Of a stretch of DNA of 32,000 nt, positions 1-8,315 are shown in pieces. Each line of letters opens with the position of its first letter. The stretch's first letter is position 1. The position numbers were made by a program, and so were the translations under genes. Origin of the DNA: Cylindrospermopsis raciborskii Cr2010 (GTDB lineage Bacteria > Cyanobacteriota > Cyanobacteriia > Cyanobacteriales > Nostocaceae); NCBI RefSeq assembly GCF_003367075.2, contig NZ_CP065936.1, positions 1,920,001 to 1,952,000 on the forward strand, given 5' to 3'. The notes under the pieces are model-generated. The model searched no databases and had not been told where the DNA came from. It was given only the letters and a program-made list of their open reading frames with translations.

Positions 1-203
<203 letters not shown>

Positions 204-450
204 TTACAGCCTCAACAAATGTAAACAAAGACACTTTAGGTGATTACAATCTTTCCCCGCATCTATCTTAAGGTAGATATTTAAAACTTGGAAAGAAATG
301 CGATCGCATTTCTTAATACCTATAGATCCCAGCCTTGAAATGGGTTATGATGTCCACATACCAAGTCTAATCAACAATGATAACCTAGCCTTATTGTTAT
401 AGAAAAGGCTTTTACAAACCTTAAAACAAACTCGGAGGGGCAAATTTTCC

Positions 451-1146
451 ATGAAAGGGAAACAAGTTTTACTAACAGGTGGAACAGGTGGACTGGGCTT
501 AGGGGTCACACCCACGATTTTGGCTCAAGGTGCATATCTCACCATTCCGTACCGCAATCTTACTTATGTCGAAAGATTAAAAACAATCTTACCCCCTGCG
601 GATATGGCCAGGATTCAATTTATTCCCGTAAATCTTGAAAGCGATTCTTCCGTGGAAGAACTGGTTAATAGCATGACCAAAGTCGACGTCTTAATTCATT
701 TAGTCGGTGGTTTTTACTATGGCAAAACCCATGAATGCAGTTTTGACGATTGGAAACATCAATTTGAATTAAATGTTTACACAACTTTCTTAACCTGCAA
801 ATATAGTTTAAAAAGAATGCTAGAGAATGGTTATGGGCGCATTGTTACTGTTAGTTCTCGTGCTGGTTTAGAGCCTGCTGCCAATCTAGCAGCTTATTCT
901 GCATCTAAAGCCGCTGTGATAGCTCTAACTAAGGCTATAGCTGATGAAACTAGGGGCACTAATATCACCGCAAATACGGTTTTACCCAGTGTTATTGATA
1001 CACCCACTAATAGGGAGGCAATGGGTGTGGAAAAAGCTGGCGAATGGGTCAAACCCGAATCCATTGGCCAGGTAATTTGTTTTTTGGCTTCGGAAGCTGC
1101 TGGGGATATCCGGGGTGCTACTATTCCCGTTTATGGCAATATTTAA
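451..1146 (+). CDS. Short-chain dehydrogenase/reductase (SDR) family oxidoreductase
   Basis: 231-aa ORF with an N-terminal TGGTGGLG dinucleotide-binding motif, the YSASKAA (YxxxK) catalytic motif, and classical SDR length. Confidence 0.85.
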   Translation: MKGKQVLLTGGTGGLGLGVTPTILAQGAYLTIPYRNLTYVERLKTILPPADMARIQFIPVNLESDSSVEELVNSMTKVDVLIHLVGGFYYGKTHECSFDDWKHQFELNVYTTFLTCKYSLKRMLENGYGRIVTVSSRAGLEPAANLAAYSASKAAVIALTKAIADETRGTNITANTVLPSVIDTPTNREAMGVEKAGEWVKPESIGQVICFLASEAAGDIRGATIPVYGNI

Positions 1147-1352
1147 GGGGAGCGATCGCATGGTTTGGGGATATTTTTTAAAAACCCCCCAATCCTCTCG
1201 AAGCAATGTTGAGTGGAGTATCTAATCCAGGCGATCGCATTTCTTAACACATATTTAGATGCCCGACCTAATCATTGTTATTCTTTACTACTTGAAGTAA
1301 AATTAGTATCCATATTTAGTTGATTCATCGCGCAAATATACAACGCTAAGTT

Positions 1353-1571
1353 ATGTTGAAGCAAGAAGCACAATGGCTAGGAAAAATGATTTATTCTCTT
1401 GATCAAGATAGTATTTTTCCATTATTAAATCTTGGAAGTTCCAGTCAAAACTTCCGAGAAAAACAACAACCTTGGATATATCAATTCTTGTTTAAACCTG
1501 CTCAGCAATCCGCTGTAGTTTTAATTCCCCACGCCCTGGGTATCCTAGAAAATGTGGAAATTGGGCTTTAA
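1353..1571 (+). pseudogene. N-terminal fragment of a probable class I SAM-dependent methyltransferase (copy 1)
   Basis: 72-aa ORF. The segment LLNLGSSSQNFREKQQPWIYQFLFKP resembles the N-terminal GxGxG-like region of small methyltransferases, but the catalytic core is missing. An identical copy lies at 5633..5851. Confidence 0.35.
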
Positions 1572-1616
1572 TTCCTCTAGAAATAGCGATCGCACAGCCA
1601 AAAACATTTTGTTGAA

Positions 1617-2249
1617 CTATCCTTTCTCCGGATTGGTTAGTTTAATAACAAAATTTCTCAATACTTTCAACATAGCCAAATTAACTTCATGTCCCGCATC
1701 AAAGTGATGGTACTCAACAGGAACTCCCAAGGATTGTGCAACCTGTTGGCTTTTAATTGCAGCTGAGAGGGGAACAATCTGGTCTTGGGTTCCGTGCATA
1801 ATCAGAGTTGGGGGGAACTGGCGTTTTTCCATAGTGGAGACTTGAGGATGTAAATAGCCACTCATGACTGCTAAACCGGCTAAGGGTAAGTTGAGACCCA
1901 CATCTAAGGTCATGGCGCCACCCTGGGAAAATCCGGTCAAAATAGTTTTAGACAGGGGAATTCCTGTGGTGGTTGGTAGGGATTGCAACCAGTCTATTAA
2001 CAATTGACGGCTTACTACTAGTCCTTAATACATTTTGTCGTCTCGTAGATCATACCATGCTCTACCATTATCGCTATAGGGATAGGGATAGGGGGCATTA
2101 GGAAGCAAAAATTCATACTCAGGTAGGTTGACATGGGGTAATAAGGATGCTACGTCCTCAGCATTGGCACCCCAACCGTGTAAGGTGACAATTAGTCCCA
2201 GTGGAGTTTTTGTGGTTTGGGCGGAAATTTTAATAACATCTAAGGTCAT
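1617..2249 (-). pseudogene. Phospholipase/carboxylesterase-family alpha/beta hydrolase, copy 1, interrupted by an in-frame TAA
   Basis: ORFs 2025..2249 and 1617..2003 are two halves of one gene of about 205 aa. It carries the HGWG oxyanion region, the GFSQGG nucleophile elbow, and the C-terminal HGTQD...GH triad residues. Codon 2025-2027 reads TAA here, whereas copy 2 has GAA (6302-6304). Confidence 0.85.
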
Positions 2250-2394
2250 ATAGACAATCAGAAAAATTAACTGTTATTAATTTTACTTAGTTTTGTCTCC
2301 CATAGCAACACTTTTTTCTTGAGGGAGAATTTGAGCGGGAACTTCATTTTCTGGAATGGGAAATCCGCCATATGTGGGATAACCGTGCACATCA

Positions 2395-2630
2395 AAGTAG
2401 GCTCTTTGAGGATAATCTGAATATAAACACTGAGAGAATAGTTCAGATGTTAACATTATTCATTGATTGGGATTATTGCATGCTTGGTCTTAAAAATTTA
2501 TCTAAAGGAAATTATAAGTCGCCTCGATCCCGAAGAATATTATATCGCTTTTATTGTCAAACCAGATAGTTTTTCTACTTAAGGGATAAGTTACTACATG
2601 ATTTAATGTTTCCCAATATAGTGGTAATGC
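2395..2630 (+). repeat. Internally deleted relic of the 8400..11464 cassette unit
   Basis: 2395-2508 matches 8400-8513, 2509-2581 matches 11171-11243 (inside the third cassette gene), and 2581-2630 matches 11408-11464. Both deletion junctions fall on short shared sequences: aagg at the first, and a single shared a at the second. Confidence 0.9.
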
Positions 2631-2633
2631 TTT

Positions 2634-2671
2634 ACCGCCGATCTCCCGTAGGGAGCGCCTTGCAATCTCCC
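2634..2671 (+). repeat. 38-nt direct repeat, copy A (accgccgatctcccgtagggagCgccttgcaatctccc)
   Basis: Identical except for 1 nt to 5339..5376. A degenerate third copy lies at about 5120..5153. It contains a small CTCCC-GTA-GGGAG hairpin. Confidence 0.9.
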
Positions 2672-2735
2672 ACCAGAAACCATCCTCTATAGTATTGTTA
2701 ACTTTTGTAAGTTGTAACAAAAAAAACGATAAAAA

Positions 2736-2744
2736 TGCTACAAT
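2736..2744 (+). promoter_or_regulatory. Possible extended -10 promoter element (TGcTACAAT) for the CARF gene
   Basis: TGnTACAAT lies about 31 nt upstream of the ATG at 2775. No convincing -35 element was seen. Confidence 0.25.
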
Positions 2745-2774
2745 GATGCGTGAACACTTGCAAAAGCAAAAACT

Positions 2775-3890
2775 ATGGTTAAGACAGTAATATGTTCCGT
2801 AGGAACCAGTGCGGCAAAAGCGATCGGAAAACCGGGAGATCTCCTGAATTGGGTTAATCAACAAGAAAGCCGAGAAATCGCCGCCGAAAATATATTTCTC
2901 ACCTTTAGAGATAAGGAACCAATAGAAGCAAATCTTAGGGATTTATCAGCAGAAATTCACTCCCTAGTTAGAATTGGCATCGATAATGGATATAGAATTA
3001 TTCTCCTGGCTTCCCAGACCGAAGATGGTTACTGCTGCGCCAGCGCTATCGAGAAATATCTTAAATATTATTGGACTAGTATTGTTACTAAAGTTCACCA
3101 GGTGACGGGATTACAAGTTAATAATGCTGACCTTTTTCGCAGTCAGGGGGTAGTGGAATTTGTTCGCCATATTATTCGAGAAATTTATCAATATGGTTCG
3201 GAAAATATTATCCTTAATCCTACTGGTGGTTATAAAGCTTTAGTTCCTTATACCGTGCTACTGGGGATGTTAAAAGGGGTAAAGTGCGATTATATTTTTG
3301 AGCAGTCCACTACTCTCCTAGAATTGCCACCTTTACCCGTAGAATTCAAGCGATCGCAATTTGAAATCTACAAAGAATTATTTGAGGAAATCGAACGAGA
3401 AAGCAGCATTTCCCTCCAAAAATGGGAGGAAAAAATTTCCAGGCAAGAAAGAAAATTCTTAGAACCTTTGACGGAATTAGTCAACAACGAAATAACCCTT
3501 TCTGCGGTGGGTTTTTTATTTCTTGATGAGATTCGTTCTCCAGGGGTTTTAGTACCTTTTTTATCCAGAAAAGCGATCAATGATTGTTTCGATGATTTAT
3601 CCCAATTAGATAACTGTGATCCCTTCCGTTATTTAGAAAGGGTTGCTACTCATTATGATGAAACTATTCAACAAGCAGAACATATCAATGTTGGCGATGG
3701 TTTACGCTGGCTAAAACCAGGGCGAACAACTGATCGCTATCTAGTTTCTAAAGATCGTTGGCGATTATTAGTCTGGCGGGCAATTCGTGAGGATAAAGTG
3801 GGTTCAAATTACGCTCATAAAGTAGAAGTTAACTCTAAAAATAAACGCGCCCATTATCCCTTTCTCAGGATGGAATTTGTGAGAGAATAA
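2775..3890 (+). CDS. CARF-domain protein (APE2256/TIGR02619-like CRISPR-associated ring-nuclease/effector family) with a C-terminal RelE/ParE-like domain (Cami1-like architecture, tentative)
   Basis: 371 aa. CARF motifs present: N-terminal ICSVGTS, LSAEIHSL, and NPTGGYKALVPY (the TGGxK motif). The C-terminal roughly 90 aa (LRWLKPGRTTDRYLVSKDRWRLLVWRAIRED) resembles the beta-strand core of RelE-type mRNA interferases. Confidence 0.7.
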   Translation: MVKTVICSVGTSAAKAIGKPGDLLNWVNQQESREIAAENIFLTFRDKEPIEANLRDLSAEIHSLVRIGIDNGYRIILLASQTEDGYCCASAIEKYLKYYWTSIVTKVHQVTGLQVNNADLFRSQGVVEFVRHIIREIYQYGSENIILNPTGGYKALVPYTVLLGMLKGVKCDYIFEQSTTLLELPPLPVEFKRSQFEIYKELFEEIERESSISLQKWEEKISRQERKFLEPLTELVNNEITLSAVGFLFLDEIRSPGVLVPFLSRKAINDCFDDLSQLDNCDPFRYLERVATHYDETIQQAEHINVGDGLRWLKPGRTTDRYLVSKDRWRLLVWRAIREDKVGSNYAHKVEVNSKNKRAHYPFLRMEFVRE

Positions 3891-4171
3891 GCAACTTAAC
3901 ACAATTAATTAGAAACAGAAATGTTGAATGTCGTTGCAAAACTTTATATAGTTAGATATAGTACCTCTATCAAAGGTGAAAATGTCAACATCTCATAATA
4001 TCTTCCATCCAATGAACATAACTGATTTATTGACACATACAAGCTGGAAGATAACGGAACTTATCTAACATTTTTTCATCCCATTCATATTAGAAAAGGA
4101 TAGGTATGTTGCTGAGATTATGGCAGAAATTCAAGATATATTAAATCTAAGTCAGTTTTGAATGGTGATAA

Positions 4172-5002
4172 ATGAGTGAATTAACTGAAAAAATATCTTC
4201 GGTGCGTCATTATTTTGTGGATGAAGCAGGAGATCCTGTAATTTTTAATGGTAAAGGTAAGATTTTAATTGGATCAGATGGATGTTCTCATTTTTTTATA
4301 CTTGGTCTATTAGACGTTGCTAATACTGAATCTTTATCTCAAGATTTGGAAAATTTAAGAGCTAATTTATTAGCTGATCCATATTTTAAGAAAGTTCCTT
4401 CAATGCAACCTGAAAATAAAAAAACTGCTTTATATTTTCATGCTAAAGACGATATTCCTGAAGTGAGAAGAGAAGTTTTTAATTTGTTGCAGCGACATGA
4501 ACTCAAATTTTTTGCTGTGGTGAGAAGTAAAGATAAGTTACTTGAGTATGTTAGACAACGTAATCAAAATGACCCTGGTTATCGTTATCAACAAAATGAA
4601 TTATACGATTATTTGACGCGGCGTTTATTTAAGAATCGTTTACACAAGGATGATGAATATAATATTTGCTTTGCTAGACGAGGTACTTCTGATAGAACCG
4701 AAGCCTTCAAAGTTGCTTTAGAATCAGCTAGAGCAAAATTCGCTGAACAATGGGGTATTACCAGTACAGCAACTATTAATATAACTGCTAATATACCTCC
4801 CAATTCTCCAAGTTTACAAGCGGTAGATTACTTTCTGTGGGCTTTACAACGCCTATATGAGAGAGGTGAGGGTAGATATGTTGAGTTTCTTTGGTCAAAA
4901 TTTGCACTCGTGCATGATATTGATGACACAAAATTTGCTAGGTACGGCGTGTACTATACTCGTAAAAACCCTCTAACAGCCACAAAAATACCAGGGATAT
5001 AG
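4172..5002 (+). CDS. DUF3800-family protein
   Basis: 276 aa. It has the N-terminal HYFVDEAGD (DUF3800 DESG-like acidic motif) and the C-terminal SLQAVDYFLWAL (LQxxD motif). The gene is visibly more AT-rich than its neighbours. Confidence 0.6.
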   Translation: MSELTEKISSVRHYFVDEAGDPVIFNGKGKILIGSDGCSHFFILGLLDVANTESLSQDLENLRANLLADPYFKKVPSMQPENKKTALYFHAKDDIPEVRREVFNLLQRHELKFFAVVRSKDKLLEYVRQRNQNDPGYRYQQNELYDYLTRRLFKNRLHKDDEYNICFARRGTSDRTEAFKVALESARAKFAEQWGITSTATINITANIPPNSPSLQAVDYFLWALQRLYERGEGRYVEFLWSKFALVHDIDDTKFARYGVYYTRKNPLTATKIPGI

Positions 5003-5208
5003 GATTGTTAAGGCTTTGCTTGACAATCACACGGCATGAAGCCGAATTTTGTCCCTGGTTCATTATAGTATATCATTTTTAGACCAATTGGTAAAGGAAC
5101 TGGGGGATAATCTCCAAATGCGATCTCCCTAGTGCGAGTGCTTCGCAATCGCTCTTTTAATTTAAGACAATTTCACATTGTAACATAACTAGTAAAACAC
5201 ATGTTGTG

Positions 5209-5233
5209 TGTTCAATTCCATCCACCCACGGCA
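5209..5233 (+). other. tRNA-like 3' fragment (T-loop, 3' T-stem and acceptor 3' strand); not a functional tRNA
   Basis: The sequence gTTCAATTCCATCCACCCACGgca looks like a T-loop (TTCAATT), a 3' T-stem, a 7-nt acceptor strand and a discriminator. The upstream bases cannot pair to form the 5' half. Confidence 0.3.
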
Positions 5234-5238
5234 AAACC

Positions 5239-5291
5239 AGTCAGTTGAAAACTGACTTGAGCTTTGAGACAGGGAATAAATTCCCTGTCTC
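5239..5291. other. Two adjacent perfect hairpins (8-bp stem at 5239-5257; 26-nt perfect palindrome at 5266-5291)
   Basis: The hairpins are AGTCAGTT-gaa-AACTGACT and GAGACAGGGAAT-aa-ATTCCCTGTCTC. Neither strand has a U-tract after them, so they are not classical intrinsic terminators. Confidence 0.6.
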
Positions 5292-5338
5292 CCCCACAGA
5301 CAGTCTCCAGGCGTGGGTTGACTCAAACTGCACACAAA

Positions 5339-5376
5339 ACCGCCGATCTCCCGTAGGGAGTGCCTTGCAATCTCCC
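5339..5376 (+). repeat. 38-nt direct repeat, copy B
   Basis: accgccgatctcccgtagggagTgccttgcaatctccc. It ends 4 nt before duplication copy 2 begins. Confidence 0.9.
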
Positions 5377-5632
5377 GTGGTGGGGATATCCGGGGTGCTA
5401 CTATTCCCGTTTATGGCAATATTTAAGGGGAGCGATCGCATGGTTTGGGGATATTTTTTAAAAACCCCCCAATCCTCTCGAAGCAATGTTGAGTGGAGTA
5501 TCTAATCCAAGCGATCGCATTTCTTAACACATATTTAGATGCCCGACCTAATGATTGTTATTCTTTACTACTTGAAGTAAAATTAGTATCCACATTTAGT
5601 TGATTCATCGCGCAAATATACAACGCTAAGTT

Positions 5633-5851
5633 ATGTTGAAGCAAGAAGCACAATGGCTAGGAAAAATGATTTATTCTCTTGATCAAGATAGTATTTTTCC
5701 ATTATTAAATCTTGGAAGTTCCAGTCAAAACTTCCGAGAAAAACAACAACCTTGGATATATCAATTCTTGTTTAAACCTGCTCAGCAATCCGCTGTAGTT
5801 TTAATTCCCCACGCCCTGGGTATCCTAGAAAATGTGGAAATTGGGCTTTAA
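5633..5851 (+). pseudogene. Methyltransferase-like N-terminal fragment (copy 2)
   Basis: Protein sequence is identical to 1353..1571. Confidence 0.35.
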
Positions 5852-5896
5852 TTCCTCTAGAAATAGCGATCGCACAGCCAAAAACATTTTGTTGAA

Positions 5897-6526
5897 CTAT
5901 CCTTTCTCCGGATTGGTTAGTTTAATAACAAAATTTCAATACTTTCAACATAGCCAAATTAACTTCATGTCCCGCATCAAAGTGATGGTACTCAACAGGA
6001 ACTCCCAAGGATTGTGCAACCTGTTGGCTTTTAATTGCAGCTGAGAGGGGAACAATCTGGTCTTGGGTTCCGTGCATAATCAGAGTTGGGGGAACTGGCG
6101 TTTTTCCATAGTGGAGACTTGAGGATGTAAATAGCCACTCATGACTGCTAAACCGGCTAAGGGTAAGTTGAGACCCACATCTAAGGTCATGGCGCCACCC
6201 TGGGAAAATCCGGTCAAAATAGTTTTAGACAGGGGAATTCCTGTGGTGGTTGGTAGGGATTGCAACCAGTCTATTAACAATTGACGGCTTACTACTAGTC
6301 CTTCATACATTTTGTCGTCTCGTAGATCATACCATGCTCTACCATTATCGCTATAGGGATAGGGATAGGGGGCATTAGGAAGCAAAAATTCATACTCAGG
6401 TAGGTTGACATGGGGTAATAAGGATGCTACGTCCTCAGCATTGGCACCCCAACCGTGTAAGGTGACAATTAGTCCCAGTGGAGTTTTTGTGGTTTGGGCG
6501 GAAATTTTAATAACATCTAAGGTCAT
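5897..6526 (-). pseudogene. Phospholipase/carboxylesterase-family hydrolase, copy 2, disrupted by two frameshifting deletions
   Basis: The G-run at 6088-6092 has 5 G where copy 1 has 6 (1810-1815). A 2-nt deletion near 5937 corresponds to copy 1 position ~1658. The ORF 6080..6526 therefore ends prematurely (…RQFPQL*). Confidence 0.85.
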
Positions 6527-6631
6527 ATAGACAATCAGAAAAATTAACTGTTATTAATTTTACGTAGTTTTGTCTCCCATAGCAAGACTTTTTTTTGTCT
6601 GTTCTGCTATAATTTTAGGATAGTTCTATGG

Positions 6632-6847
6632 ATGTCTAAAACTATGAAGTGGCGAGTCATACTTGAACCCGATCCAGAGACCAGGGAATGGGGAATTTGG
6701 TGTCCAGAGTTGCCTGGATGCACATCTGCTGGTATCACACAAGAGGAGGCTCTTAACAATATACGGGAAGCCATTGAGCTTTATTTGCAGCCTGATAACA
6801 TTGAACTTTTACCTGGAGCATTAATCTGCGAGGTTATAGTCGGATGA
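6632..6847 (+). CDS. hicB: HicB-family antitoxin (UPF0150 fold)
   Basis: 71 aa. The segment W.VILEPDPETREWGIWCPELPGCTSAGITQEEALNNIREAIELYL is the typical HicB N-terminal domain pattern. Confidence 0.75.
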   Translation: MSKTMKWRVILEPDPETREWGIWCPELPGCTSAGITQEEALNNIREAIELYLQPDNIELLPGALICEVIVG

Positions 6848-6924
6848 CTCGGCTCAAGAGAATGAATGCTGACGAGGTTGAGCGCATATTACGCAAGTAT
6901 GGCTTTGAACTGATTGATATTTAA
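6844..6924 (+). pseudogene. hicA: HicA toxin remnant (first 26 codons only)
   Basis: My own translation is MTRLKRMNADEVERILRKYGFELIDI*. The ATG overlaps the hicB stop (GGATGA). It matches the HicA N-terminus (xxxEVxKxLxKxGFxL) but lacks the catalytic His region. Homology stops where the IS remnant begins. Confidence 0.6.
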
Positions 6925-6937
6925 CCGTGATGCGGAT

Positions 6938-7165
6938 AATATACCTTTTAATAACATCTGCTGAAACCTGTCCAGCAGTGGAATAAAAATAACTATTAGT
7001 CCATAGGCTAGGAAGTTTAAGTAATTCAGGAAATTTTCGTCTTAACAAGCAAGATGACCGTCCTTTAAAAGCTTTAACCACTTGATTTATAGCAACATCT
7101 GGTTGATGTTCTACAAATAAATGAACATGGTCTGGAGCACAAGTGTTGAATCCTGCAATAAAAAT
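6938..7165 (-). pseudogene. tnpA: IS200-type Y1 transposase TnpA, C-terminal fragment
   Basis: The minus-strand translation is …CAPDHVHLFVEHQPDVAINQVVKAFKGRSSCLLRRKFPELLKLPSLWTNSYFYSTAGQVSADVIKRYI. It carries the classic TnpA motifs (HVHLxV, KGxSS, LWxxSYF). The N-terminal half, including the HUH region, is missing. Confidence 0.8.
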
Positions 7166-7199
7166 TTACAATCTTTGCGTTTTACCCAGGTAAAATCCA

Positions 7200-8140
7200 T
7201 TGTCTATTGAGAATAGAGTCATTAATTGATCAAATTTGGTATCACCAATACCAATGCACAACTTGGACACAATCCTCAAAATCTTAACATTCAACACTTC
7301 TGAGTGTAGCTGAATCCTTTAAATCGTACATTGAGCTAGTAAAAGCTGCAAAAAAGGGCGAAGTTTCCCAAAAACCAAAATTACCTAATTACTGTAGATG
7401 AAATAAAATCTGATGTTGATAGAAATAATGTTTTAGGGATTGACCACGGGTTAAATAACTGGTTAACTTGTGTTTCTAATCTGGGAACATCATTTATTGT
7501 TGATGGACTTCATTTAAAAAGTTTAAATCAGTGGTACAACAAATCAGTAGCTAAACTTAAAAGTGATAAACCGCAAGGTTTTTGGTCTAATAGATTAGCT
7601 GCTATTACTGAAAAAAGAAACCGACAAATGCGTGATGCAGTTAACAAAGCTGCAAGAATAGTCGTTAACCACTGTATTGAAAATAAGATTGGTGCTATTG
7701 TTTTTGGATGGAATAAAGGACAAAAAGATAGTATTGATTTGGGGTCTAAAAACAATCAGAAGTTTGTCCAAATTCCCACAGCAAGATTAAAAGACCGTAT
7801 TGCTCAATTATGTAAACAATACGGAATAGATTTTATTGAAACAGAAGAATCATACACTTCTCAATCATCGTTTTTTGATTGCGACAATATACCTAAATTC
7901 GGTGAAAAACCCGAAGGGTGGGAAGCAAGCGGGAAACGAGTTAGTCGTGGAGTATATGAAACTTCTGATGGGTTCAAAATTAATGCGGACTGTAATGGTG
8001 CTGCTAATATTTTGAAAAAAGTAGCGGTGATGCTAGGAATTGATCTTAGCGGAATCAGTAGAGGCTGTTTAAGCCAGCCTCAGAAAGTTCGTTTATGGAC
8101 TCTTCAGAAATCTCCGTGTCTTCAGACCGGAGAAGCTTAA
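7200..8140 (+). pseudogene. tnpB: TnpB (IS605 OrfB, RuvC-like RNA-guided nuclease family), frameshifted and internally deleted
   Basis: An open frame runs 7343-8140 and contains GIDHGLNN (RuvC-I), ETEESYTSQ (RuvC-II) and NADCNGAANILKK (RuvC-III). An upstream fragment, FKSYIELVKAAKKGEVSQKPKLPNY, lies in a different frame (about 7315-7390). Only about 15 codons separate LPNY from GID, whereas I recall roughly 100 in intact TnpB. The left boundary is approximate. Confidence 0.75.
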
Positions 8141-8215
8141 TCCAACCTCTTAATTTGCAAAAACTCTCTTTTAGGTTTTAGCAATGTGAGCGATCGCCTC
8201 CGGTAGGAGGAGAAG

Positions 8216-8315
8216 GGGGAATTCCTGTGGTGGTTGGTAGGGATTGTAACCAGTCTATTAATAATTGACGGCTTGCTACTAGTCCTTCATACATTTTGTC
8301 ATCTCGTAGATCATA
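8216..8315 (-). pseudogene. Third, 100-bp internal fragment of the carboxylesterase gene
   Basis: Matches 6232-6331 and 1955-2054 with 4 substitutions. It carries the GAA (Glu) codon found in copy 2, not the TAA of copy 1. Confidence 0.9.

Larger units (their letters stand above)
1101..2317. repeat. Segmental duplication, copy 1 (pairs with 5381..6594)
   Basis: Base-by-base comparison by eye shows near identity, with 6 substitutions and 2 indels. It begins inside the last 46 nt of the SDR CDS and ends 68 nt upstream of the esterase start codon. Confidence 0.95.
5381..6594. repeat. Segmental duplication, copy 2 (pairs with 1101..2317). It starts with an orphan 46-nt SDR 3' end.
   Basis: See copy 1. 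The offset is 4280 nt at the left end and 4277 nt at the right end, because copy 2 carries 2-nt and 1-nt deletions. Confidence 0.95.
6925..8215. mobile_element. Decayed IS200/IS605-family element (divergent tnpA and tnpB remnants)
   Basis: It contains the tnpA and tnpB fragments listed below. It is flanked on the left by the truncated hicA and on the right by an esterase fragment. Confidence 0.75.

Noticed and set aside
289-340. Similarity of about 40 nt between 297-335 and 1228-1270/5508-5550 (gcgatcgcatttcttaa…), bracketing the SDR gene
   Set aside because: Only 17 nt are identical, centred on a HIP1 palindrome, and the rest is about 70% similar. This is more likely HIP1-associated background repeat than a mobile-element boundary.
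2502-2864. 120-aa minus-strand ORF
   Set aside because: It runs across the cassette relic and the 38-nt repeat, and overlaps the start of the CARF gene. It is made of junction sequence and is not a plausible gene.
5209-5233. A tRNA gene
   Set aside because: Only the 3' portion looks tRNA-like. The upstream bases cannot form a T-stem, anticodon arm or acceptor 5' strand. It is reported only as a fragment.
2634-5376. Possibility that the 38-nt repeats are CRISPR repeats
   Set aside because: There are only two good copies 2.7 kb apart, plus one degenerate copy, with genes between them. There is no regular repeat-spacer periodicity anywhere in the window.
5206-5505. ORFs 5206..5505 (+), 5241..5486 (-) and 982..1206 (-)
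   Set aside because: They span the hairpins, the 38-nt repeat and the duplicated SDR 3' end. Their shared C-terminal peptide (MLREDWGVFKKYPQTMRSLPLNIAINGNSSTPDIP) is simply the antisense of the SDR tail.
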